Shown here: positions 27,641 through 35,390 of the stretch, one piece after another
Position numbering within the stretch: the stretch's first letter is position 1
Layout: every line of letters begins with the position of its first letter
Virus record (IMG/VR): IMGVR_UViG_3300042147_000020
Span: 174,800-238,799 of that record
Strand: one strand, 5' to 3'
DNA length: 64,000 bases
Made by a program: the position numbers and the translations under genes
Notes under the pieces: generated by a model
Database searches by the model: none
What the model was told of the DNA's origin: nothing
What the model saw: only the letters and a program-made list of their open reading frames with translations

Positions 27641-29194
27641 ATGGATCATAAACTACTATTGGTACAGGTGATCACTCTCCTGTATCGGGAAAGTCAACTC
27701 GATAACCGGACAGCAAACTCTGCCGAGCTAGTCGGTCAGATTGTAGCCAGCATTCGTATCCCAGAAACCTCTATGGAGACAGACCGTGGTCGTGAGACCT
27801 TGGTGGGTTTGCGAGCTACCGCGATGTGGATGGCTGGTAACCCGGTTAACCAGGATTACGATAGGACTATCCTACTTCAAAGAATACGTGTAAACGTAGC
27901 GGATGAGGACGGTCTGTACCAAGCGTTTGAAGGCGCCACTGAACCTTGTGAGGACATGAACCTCATCAAGCGCATGGTGCTTGAGTATCGTTCTGAGCTT
28001 CAAGCGTACCTCAACCAGAACCAGATCACTGAGATCTTCAAGCAAGCGTCTCAGAAGGCTCTGTTCAATCCGCACACGATTGACTGGAAGAACTTCGTTA
28101 AAGATGTCATTGGTACCTTAGAACCTTTGGCTACTGTTCAGACTATTGAATCTAACCCAGCTATCGTGGGTTCGGTAGACATCAATGACGACGATGCCGT
28201 CCAAGCCTTGATGGAACAGGCCCAAGACGAACTGTCGGCTGATGGTGTATTGCGTACGGGCTGGCAAGGTATTAACAGAATGTGTGGTGATCAGGGAGGC
28301 TTCCGTCGTGGGGAGTTTATTCTGCTCGGTGCATTACAACACCAATTCAAAACAGGCTTTACTCTGAACCTGTTTAAACACATGTGCATCTATAACAAAC
28401 CGTACATGCGTGATCCACTCAAGAAACCTTTGGGTCTACACATCTCCGCAGAGAACAACCTACTCGACAACGTCATGCAGCTCTACGTGTCGCTTAAGGA
28501 GAACGAAACGGGTGAACCAGTATCAATCCGTGGGGTAGACACTGCCGAGGCTTCTGCGTACGTTAAACGTCGTCTGCGTGAAACTGGTTATGAAGTTCGT
28601 ATGTTGCGGGTTGACCCGTCGCTGTTCGGCTACCGTGACCTGTTCGACTTGGTTCAGAAATACGAATCCGAAGGTTACGAGGTTCACTTCTGTATCCTCG
28701 ACTACCTCAACATGCTATCTAAGCGTGGTTGTCAGCAAGGCCCACACGGTTTCGAGACTCGTGACTTGTTCCGTCGTGTGCGTAACTTCACTGCTCCACG
28801 TGGCATTACGTTCCTTACCCCCCATCAGCTTTCGACTCAGGCTAAAGAACTGGTTCGTTCGCAGATTGAAAACTTCGTGCAAGAGATTGCTAACAAAGGC
28901 TACTACGACTCGTGCCGTACAGTAGACCAAGAAGTTGACATGGAGATTTCGATTCACATTGAGAAAATGAATGGTGAGTCGTGGTTGACCTGTCAGCGTG
29001 GCAAACACCGTAAGATCTCCATCACCCCGGAGAAAGATCTCTACTGCGTCCTACCGTTCTCTAAGGTGGGTAACATTCGAGACGACATTCATGGAGCAGA
29101 CCGCTCTGTGCGTAAAGTGGGTGGCCGTCCTGAGAACGAGGGTGGTAGCAGTAACGTGTGGTGGGAGACTCAGGAATTTAAACAGGCGGCTTAA
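27641..29194 (+). CDS. dnaB: DnaB-like replicative helicase (phiKZ gp118-like)
   Basis: TGWQGINRMCG..GGFRRGE, Walker A variant GALQHQFKT, Walker B ILDYLNML, HQLS, RGKHR. Confidence 0.85.
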   Translation: MDHKLLLVQVITLLYRESQLDNRTANSAELVGQIVASIRIPETSMETDRGRETLVGLRATAMWMAGNPVNQDYDRTILLQRIRVNVADEDGLYQAFEGATEPCEDMNLIKRMVLEYRSELQAYLNQNQITEIFKQASQKALFNPHTIDWKNFVKDVIGTLEPLATVQTIESNPAIVGSVDINDDDAVQALMEQAQDELSADGVLRTGWQGINRMCGDQGGFRRGEFILLGALQHQFKTGFTLNLFKHMCIYNKPYMRDPLKKPLGLHISAENNLLDNVMQLYVSLKENETGEPVSIRGVDTAEASAYVKRRLRETGYEVRMLRVDPSLFGYRDLFDLVQKYESEGYEVHFCILDYLNMLSKRGCQQGPHGFETRDLFRRVRNFTAPRGITFLTPHQLSTQAKELVRSQIENFVQEIANKGYYDSCRTVDQEVDMEISIHIEKMNGESWLTCQRGKHRKISITPEKDLYCVLPFSKVGNIRDDIHGADRSVRKVGGRPENEGGSSNVWWETQEFKQAA

Positions 29195-29199
29195 CAGCC

Positions 29200-29271
29200 A
29201 AAAAAAAAAAAAGAGTCCACGCCCGGACTTGTGAGGAGAGAGCCAAGACGGCTCTCTCCTCTTTATGCCGT
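29200..29271. terminator. Double terminator: 13-nt A tract plus small hairpin (minus) and 12-bp hairpin plus TTTATGCCGT (plus)
   Basis: GAGGAGAGAGCC-aagac-GGCTCTCTCCTC; AGTCC/GGACT hairpin adjacent to A13. Confidence 0.7.
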
Positions 29272-29468
29272 TATGAGGCCGATGAAGGCTTGGTCAGTTC
29301 TTGAGCTTCCTGTACTTCTTTCAGGATTGTGTCAGCTTCGACCTGGGTGATGGCACCTTTGGCTACGTAGAAGTCAACTGCTTCCTGTTGCGTCTTGCCC
29401 GCGAAGAGCTGTGCGCCGCTAAGGATCGACTGCTTGATTTCTGCGATTGTCTCTGCTTTGCTTTTCAT
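29271..29468 (-). CDS. Small hypothetical protein
   Basis: 65 aa; 4-nt overlap with the upstream gene. Confidence 0.6.
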   Translation of the reverse strand: MKSKAETIAEIKQSILSGAQLFAGKTQQEAVDFYVAKGAITQVEADTILKEVQEAQELTKPSSAS

Positions 29469-29773
29469 TCTTCTGCCTTCAGATAGAAATACATTGAACC
29501 GACAGCATCTTCCAATGTTGGCCCGATGATGTCGATGGTTTGGTCCTCGGTCTCACCATTGGCTGTCAGTTGGACGATCGTACCTGAGGCCATGTACTGG
29601 TCTGCTTGATCATCGTCAATCAACCCAGAGGCTACCAGACGGTCTACGGCTTCTTCAATGGTCTGTCCATCGTCGAGGTGTTCGTTGATCGTAATGGTGA
29701 GACTGCGCTGAGCCATCTTCTGGATCTCAGCGAGCATTACTGGTGTAGTCAGTTCGTCATCCAAGTCAGCCAT
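29465..29773 (-). CDS. Small acidic hypothetical protein
   Basis: 102 aa; SD GAGG. Confidence 0.65.
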   Translation of the reverse strand: MADLDDELTTPVMLAEIQKMAQRSLTITINEHLDDGQTIEEAVDRLVASGLIDDDQADQYMASGTIVQLTANGETEDQTIDIIGPTLEDAVGSMYFYLKAEE

Positions 29774-29776
29774 GGT

Positions 29777-30121
29777 TTATTCCTCAGTGTCGTAACCGAG
29801 TAATGTGTTGATGTAGTCGGTACCGTCTACCAACTCAGCCAAGGTATCGGCTTGCGAGAGGTAGGTTTCGACATCGAACGACACCTTGAAGTTTTCACCA
29901 CCAGGTTTACCTTTGACCACGTAACCCATATCGCGCAGGTCATTGATCATCTTGCTGATGCTGACGTCCTTGATGCGATCACCTTGGGTCAGCCCGCGCA
30001 GTTCAGTGCGGGTAAACTCTACCACGATGTCCTTGGTGAATTCGAGTTTGAGATTGATGGCTAGACGTTTCATCATTGCAGCGTTGATGTGTTTAGCCAG
30101 GTTAGAAGTGCTGAGTGCCAT
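29777..30121 (-). CDS. Hypothetical protein
   Basis: 114 aa; SD AAGGA. Confidence 0.65.
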   Translation of the reverse strand: MALSTSNLAKHINAAMMKRLAINLKLEFTKDIVVEFTRTELRGLTQGDRIKDVSISKMINDLRDMGYVVKGKPGGENFKVSFDVETYLSQADTLAELVDGTDYINTLLGYDTEE

Positions 30122-30153
30122 GTGTTACGTTCCTTACTTAGGAGGGGAGGTTA

Positions 30154-30456
30154 TTACTTCTTGGGTTCAAGTACTACGATGTCGCGGTTGTTGCCTTTTA
30201 CTTTCAGGGTGTAGTTACCCGGAATGAAACACAGTGCCTCGCTAGTGCTGACGGTGCGTGCTCTACGAGGCGTGAACTGTTTCGCAGCCGGAGACACTGG
30301 GTCGATTACTTCGATGACGCGCGTAACGGTACGCATCATTGCCCCAGTGGGCAACAGCATGTAGTAAGTCTCGTCGATAGTGTAGCCGTCTCGTGAGGAC
30401 TTGTTGGTTGCCTTTACCCATTCGTTACGTGGAAAGCCTTCAGCTTCTTCGGACAT
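30154..30456 (-). CDS. Hypothetical protein
   Basis: 100 aa; tightly packed with neighbours. Confidence 0.6.
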   Translation of the reverse strand: MSEEAEGFPRNEWVKATNKSSRDGYTIDETYYMLLPTGAMMRTVTRVIEVIDPVSPAAKQFTPRRARTVSTSEALCFIPGNYTLKVKGNNRDIVVLEPKK

Positions 30457-30462
30457 GGTTGC

Positions 30463-30696
30463 TTACTTCGGGAAGTGTGGGGTCAGTACCCAGCCGTTAT
30501 CGTTTTGTTCCAACATCACGTTCGGAACGTAGACCATGCTTTCACCGACCTGAACGGTGATGTTCATGCCGTCCATGTGTTTGCGCTCGAAGCTTTGACT
30601 TTTAACCAGCGCCCCGTAGCCAGCAGCGCAGGCCGAAGTGGTGTTGTGGTCGTTCTCGGTAAGAGTTACCCATTCTGCTGCTTTTGTTTGTGCCAT
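30463..30696 (-). CDS. Hypothetical protein, first gene after an early promoter
   Basis: 77 aa; SD AGGAG. Confidence 0.65.
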   Translation of the reverse strand: MAQTKAAEWVTLTENDHNTTSACAAGYGALVKSQSFERKHMDGMNITVQVGESMVYVPNVMLEQNDNGWVLTPHFPK

Positions 30697-30747
30697 AAAT
30701 GCTCCTGCATTAGTAGATTGATTGAAGAGGTTATCCTATTCACCTAG

Positions 30748-30755
30748 GTAATATA
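30748..30755 (-). promoter_or_regulatory. Early promoter core TATATTAC
   Basis: Exact phiKZ-type early motif on minus, about 50 nt upstream of 30696; second partial copy CATATTAC at 30761-30768. Confidence 0.65.
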
Positions 30756-31305
30756 GGTCTGTAATATGTTTAATTCTACATACACCGGTATGCTCTCGGT
30801 AGAAGTAAAGTCTTACAGAACTCACTTAAGTAATGAACGAGCAATGATGCACGTTCTTAGAAAGCAACAATAATCTTAAAAAGGGAAGTACCACATGGAA
30901 AGCAGTCGCACGAGAACCAACGTGCCAAAACCCACGGAAGGGGGTATTGGTGTGGTGTCTCGTAATGGTACTAGGCGTTACCCTCCTTCAATCCACCTAC
31001 TCACCCAACCGGGTGTATCTGTTTGTCCCTCTCCCGAAGTCTCTACGGTTACAAACGCGATAGCCTTGCATCGGTTTAGTCATCTGTGGAACGTTCAGTT
31101 AGTGCGACAGTGGTGTTGTGAGCTAACCCCTAAGTTGTTAAGCTTTGTAGATAGAGTCGTAGACCTTCACAGAGTAGCACTTAAGGTAATTCTTTTCGGG
31201 TTCGAGTCGTCTGTTGCCAAGCCTGCAAATTCACTCCCATACCTGAACATTGATAGTATGAGATAATCACACATGTCTCCACAACCGCTGTTCCTGTGGC
31301 CAAGG

Positions 31306-31376
31306 GGCATAAAAGCCCTAATGCTCTAGTAGCCTTCTTCGGAAGGCTACTAGAGCAGTCACAGTATCTATGCCGC
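31306..31376. terminator. Strong, apparently bidirectional terminator
   Basis: 15-bp stem GCTCTAGTAGCCTTC-ttcg-GAAGGCTACTAGAGC flanked by GGCATA and TATGCC. Confidence 0.8.
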
Positions 31377-31754
31377 TTGCTTTTTAATGCCTGCGTGTGG
31401 GAACAGCCGTAGGGTGGTGAAGTACCCGTAAGTGTTACCACTGTAACCGTGAGACTTAGGGAGGTTAACTTCGAAGACTTGGACACCGCATTCTTTGAAC
31501 TTACGCTCAAGGTACGCGCCGAACGAGGCGATGAAATCAATTTCCTTGTGTTGACACGAGGAGTGTGGGTCCCCGCTGACTTCCATGTAGAAACGTTGCT
31601 TCTGGGTTGTGAACCCAGCTTTCGTACCATAGGTAAAATACCCAATGTGCGACTGAGGCAAGTTATCCGTCACATCCGTGATCAGGTAGATTTTGGTGTC
31701 TGGTAAGAAATTCAATGCTTCCCTACACTCCACCGCAGCTTTAATTGTAGCCAT
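31368..31754 (-). CDS. Hypothetical protein
   Basis: Start MATIKA after AAGGAG. Confidence 0.6.
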   Translation of the reverse strand: MATIKAAVECREALNFLPDTKIYLITDVTDNLPQSHIGYFTYGTKAGFTTQKQRFYMEVSGDPHSSCQHKEIDFIASFGAYLERKFKECGVQVFEVNLPKSHGYSGNTYGYFTTLRLFPHAGIKKQAA

Positions 31755-31890
31755 CGTGAGTACTCCTTTAGGTGATGACACAAAAACTTGTGGAGATCTG
31801 TTGCTGTGTTAAGTGTTGTCGTGGGCTAGATTATAATTAAAGCTCCACCGGGCAATGTGCCTTTTGGCAACCCGTCATCTAATACGGGGA

Positions 31891-32385
31891 TTATGTCGTC
31901 ATTTCTCCTTGTGCCCACTCAGATTCCAGTTTCCGCTTAACTGGGTTATTGGTGGGTTCCGCAGTGCGGCTTACAACGCGGTAGAAGTCCACAGCAGCCT
32001 CGATCGCGTGTGCGGTGAACTCAGGTACCTCTAATACGTGCATCGCCTCCACGAGGATGTCATCGGCTTCTGACCGAGTGATCCTTACAGGCAGACCATC
32101 GACAATGACTGTCAGGTATTCACACAAGAAGTCGTGGACTACCGCTGCTTGACCATAAATCCCCCACTGTGGAATCAACGACCAGAAGATCTGTGGGACC
32201 GAAGCCCCGTCGGTCAGGTAGCCCGCAGGGATATGTACCCAACGGTTAGACCCTTTAGTGCCGATGTAGTAGCGAAAGCCTTTCAGCACCCGCCAGTAGT
32301 CTTTACCCAGAATCTTACTCGCCTTGACGTCGTACGTCATGAACAGTTCAGCGTCAAACTTTCTGAAACTAACAATGTCCGCCAT
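31891..32385 (-). CDS. DUF1353-like protein
   Basis: IPAGYLTDGASVP..FW and AAVVHDFLC motifs. Confidence 0.75.
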   Translation of the reverse strand: MADIVSFRKFDAELFMTYDVKASKILGKDYWRVLKGFRYYIGTKGSNRWVHIPAGYLTDGASVPQIFWSLIPQWGIYGQAAVVHDFLCEYLTVIVDGLPVRITRSEADDILVEAMHVLEVPEFTAHAIEAAVDFYRVVSRTAEPTNNPVKRKLESEWAQGEMTT

Positions 32386-32424
32386 CACGGTACTCCTTCG
32401 GTAGAGGGACATCCCTCATATCGT

Positions 32425-32455
32425 GACGGCATAAAAGGGAACCGAAGTTCCCTCT
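32425..32455 (-). terminator. Intrinsic terminator
   Basis: AGGGAAC-cgaa-GTTCCCT with GACGGCATAAAA. Confidence 0.7.
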
Positions 32456-32460
32456 CAGCT

Positions 32461-32688
32461 TTAACTATGGTACTTACCGACGATGTAGGGCCAGAATGTC
32501 AAGGCCACGACGTACCAGAACAACATGATCAGCACAACCAACATGTAGTTCTGTCTGTAGGCCTTCATATACAGCCTGCGGTCTTCTCGGAGCTGCTCCG
32601 GGAACTCGGTACAGAGTGTCAATAGAAAGCCGCCCAGAATCGCGTACAGGAGCAATCCGTACAACATAGCAATCACAGCAATGTTCAT
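32461..32688 (-). CDS. Small two-TM membrane protein
   Basis: Two hydrophobic segments separated by a charged loop. Confidence 0.6.
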   Translation of the reverse strand: MNIAVIAMLYGLLLYAILGGFLLTLCTEFPEQLREDRRLYMKAYRQNYMLVVLIMLFWYVVALTFWPYIVGKYHS

Positions 32689-32783
32689 TCCCTTTTCCCC
32701 ACCCTAAGCAAAAGATCATAATGTCATAGAGTAGGGACAAAAAAAAAAAGAAGGGGACCGAAGCCCCCATTCTTTCCCTTCCT

Positions 32784-33182
32784 TTAATGTACCGTGGCTG
32801 GCGTGGTAGGTGCGTAGAACACCTGATCGCCGATGTGGTACTCTTGCAGGTAGAGACGTTTCCATGGGATCACGTTGCCAGGCTTGGATTCATCCAGCAA
32901 GCCTTCGCGTTTCTTGTGGATCGCCATTGGATTGCCGTAAGGTTGCAACGCTTTAACCAATGTTGGATCGTTCAGTACGTCCAACGAGACTTTCTTCCGG
33001 TCTTTGACTTCACGCGAGGTGAAGACTTGGTCAAGTAGACCCAGGGTCTTGAACAGGATGTTGAAGTAGACGAACCCGCCAGAAGCCTTCTTAACGGCTA
33101 CGTGGGGTTTCTCAGGATTAAATGCCTCGGTGTCAATGCCCACCGGGACAGCAACTTCACGACGAGTAGAGAGCAGGCTCAT
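32784..33182 (-). CDS. Hypothetical protein
   Basis: 132 aa ORF overlapping the DHFR end. Confidence 0.6.
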   Translation of the reverse strand: MSLLSTRREVAVPVGIDTEAFNPEKPHVAVKKASGGFVYFNILFKTLGLLDQVFTSREVKDRKKVSLDVLNDPTLVKALQPYGNPMAIHKKREGLLDESKPGNVIPWKRLYLQEYHIGDQVFYAPTTPATVH

Positions 33183-33741
33183 TTAGATCTTTCCTTTTTG
33201 TATACAGTTCAACGGTAAAAGTGGGGGTCGCAAGTAATTCTTCGTTACCCCATTCAGATGGATCGAAGCTTGGGAAGAAGGTATCGCACTCGACTTTGTG
33301 GGTCACATGCGAAATCAACATTACGTCGATCAAGTCCTTCTCTAATGCTTCTTTATATAACTGTCCGCCGCCAGCGAGGTAGATCGGTGTCCCCTCGTCG
33401 TTTAGCTCCCATGCTTTGGCGATGGCATCCTCCAAACTACGTTCGACATACAATCCCAATCGCACGTAATTGCGAACATGTTCCTTACGGGACACTACGA
33501 TGATCGTGCGTCCCGGTAAGACCTTTTGTTCCTGCGGGGTGTAAACCTTTTCTACTCTTTCACTGAGTTTGATCAGGGAATCGACTGTACGACTCCCCAT
33601 AATCAATACTCGCCCCAGTGTAGCTAAGCGGAAGTGTCGCAGTTCTGCTGGGTCTCTCCAAGGCATCCCGCCATTCAACCCGATCCCACGCATTGGTGAC
33701 ATTGCAGTGATCAAACCGATCTTTTTATCTTCAGCACTCAT
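33157..33741 (-). CDS. folA: Dihydrofolate reductase
   Basis: GIGLNGGMPW, ELRHF, IMGSRT, LPGR, AGGGQLY, CDTFFP. Confidence 0.92.
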   Translation of the reverse strand: MSAEDKKIGLITAMSPMRGIGLNGGMPWRDPAELRHFRLATLGRVLIMGSRTVDSLIKLSERVEKVYTPQEQKVLPGRTIIVVSRKEHVRNYVRLGLYVERSLEDAIAKAWELNDEGTPIYLAGGGQLYKEALEKDLIDVMLISHVTHKVECDTFFPSFDPSEWGNEELLATPTFTVELYTKRKDLNEPALYSS

Positions 33742-34388
33742 TGCTGACCCCCATTAATTGTTTTAGGCCCGATGCGATGTACGGTTGCGTTACGATCTTC
33801 AGCCACCAACCCATTCAGGTAGAAAGGCAGATCGTCGTTCATCTCAACGCCCCAATGTTTAATCAAGCCATTGTACCCACGGTTCTGGAACAGCAACACG
33901 TCAGCAGTGGCACGGCGTGGTGCACCCTCTTCACGAGGAGCGTCACGGAATGTGTAGAGCAGGTCACGACAGACACCAGTCCAGATTTCAGATTGGTTCA
34001 TACGAGCCCAGTGGTAGTCTTCTGGGGTTTCGTACCAGATCTCTACCGGGTACACCACCTTCTCGTGGATAGCGTAACCGTCGAAGCCTTGGGCACCCAA
34101 TTGAGTAGCGGGTACCGAGTAGTACAGGTAGTCCGAGATAAACCAGTTCAACGTCCGGTCTAGTTCATCGGTCTTCATGTACATCATCCCTTTCAGGACG
34201 CCTTGCTGCACGATCGGTTGGGTACGATCCCACAACTCCTTAACCATTTCCTTTACGGCACGCTTGTTAGTTTTGCTATGGAACTTGCGCACTAGCGCTA
34301 AACGCAGCAGTACGTCCAGATCGTGGAACAGTACTTCTTTCTCTTGTGCGATCTCTACTTGAATCTCGTCCACGGTAAAACTCTCCAA
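33738..34388 (-). CDS. Hypothetical protein
   Basis: 216 aa ORF coupled to folA. Confidence 0.6.
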   Translation of the reverse strand: MESFTVDEIQVEIAQEKEVLFHDLDVLLRLALVRKFHSKTNKRAVKEMVKELWDRTQPIVQQGVLKGMMYMKTDELDRTLNWFISDYLYYSVPATQLGAQGFDGYAIHEKVVYPVEIWYETPEDYHWARMNQSEIWTGVCRDLLYTFRDAPREEGAPRRATADVLLFQNRGYNGLIKHWGVEMNDDLPFYLNGLVAEDRNATVHRIGPKTINGGQQ

Positions 34389-34441
34389 CTCTGCTCAGAG
34401 TACATTGATTAGTTAAGGGGCTCTAGTGAACCCCCGTTATA

Positions 34442-34903
34442 TCAGCTTACTTTCTTGCTCGGTTCACGACAAACTCGATCCAACTCGAAGTCTGTCGGTT
34501 TGTTGCTCAGACCACTGATCTCGTGATCTGCATTCAGGTACAGGATGCACAACTTGGTGTCACTTGGGTGTTCGTGGCCAAACAACAACCACGGGCTACG
34601 CTCAGACATCATATCCAACGTAGTCATACGCTGTATACGAGCAAAGCGTTGGACTTCAACCATTACCACCCGTTCACAAGGAGCGGTGCGATCAAAGCCT
34701 TTACCCGGTACCCCATCCACCAACATTTGGTCTTTAGAAAGTCCTTGAGTGTAATCACCGCAGTCGGCGAAAAGCACAGCACGGTGTAGACTATCCACAA
34801 AACCAAAATGAACGTTCTCGATTGCAAGAGCCCCAGCCAGTGTATCCAGAGCTGCTTCACGAGTTTCATGGGGTTCACCAGTTTGGCGTACGTACGACAG
34901 CAT
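34442..34903 (-). CDS. Hypothetical protein
   Basis: ORF; start uncertain (34903 or 34936). Confidence 0.5.
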   Translation of the reverse strand: MLSYVRQTGEPHETREAALDTLAGALAIENVHFGFVDSLHRAVLFADCGDYTQGLSKDQMLVDGVPGKGFDRTAPCERVVMVEVQRFARIQRMTTLDMMSERSPWLLFGHEHPSDTKLCILYLNADHEISGLSNKPTDFELDRVCREPSKKVS

Positions 34904-35390
34904 CGGGTGTCTCCACGAGGATTTTGTCAAACTCATGATAAGGTCTGTGATGATGAGTTACGTAGGAATCATCTAGCAGTCCCTTAGGGAACTCTGGCCA
35001 GATGTGTGCTTGTGCTCGGAGTCTTGCAGTCCGCATTTCATCAGACTCCTCCAAGCAGAACATTAGCTTTCCCTGTAAACCGTTATCGAACATTCGCTGG
35101 AGACGATGAGTCAACATCATCTGTGGGTTGGGGTTGTAGCCAGCGGTAGTGAAGAACTCCCCACGACGCAACCCACCACTCAGCCCTGACTGCTGGATCT
35201 TATTCCAGCCTCCAAGGAATTGCTCTTTATGAGCATCGAACTCCTGAGACTGGATTTGTTGATACATCTTGTCCAACCAGTCCCCTCCAAACGTAAGGAC
35301 CTTTAGGTTAGCTGAGTGTTGTTGAAGTTGGGCGTACGGACTATCAGGCCACCGGCGACGAGTACCGAAGTAACGTTTATTCTTTCTCAC
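34875..35390 (-). CDS. Hypothetical protein
   Basis: 171 aa ORF overlapping the ligase end. Confidence 0.5.
   Translation of the reverse strand: MRKNKRYFGTRRRWPDSPYAQLQQHSANLKVLTFGGDWLDKMYQQIQSQEFDAHKEQFLGGWNKIQQSGLSGGLRRGEFFTTAGYNPNPQMMLTHRLQRMFDNGLQGKLMFCLEESDEMRTARLRAQAHIWPEFPKGLLDDSYVTHHHRPYHEFDKILVETPDAVVRTPNW

Noticed and set aside
29200-29212. Long A homopolymers (also near 18406, 32739, 44566) as phase-variation tracts
   Set aside because: All are intergenic and adjacent to hairpins, so they are best explained as terminator U-tracts.
31140-31219. tRNA-like GGTTCGAGTC followed by ...TTGCCA
   Set aside because: T-stem does not pair beyond G53-C61, and too few bases remain for an acceptor strand.
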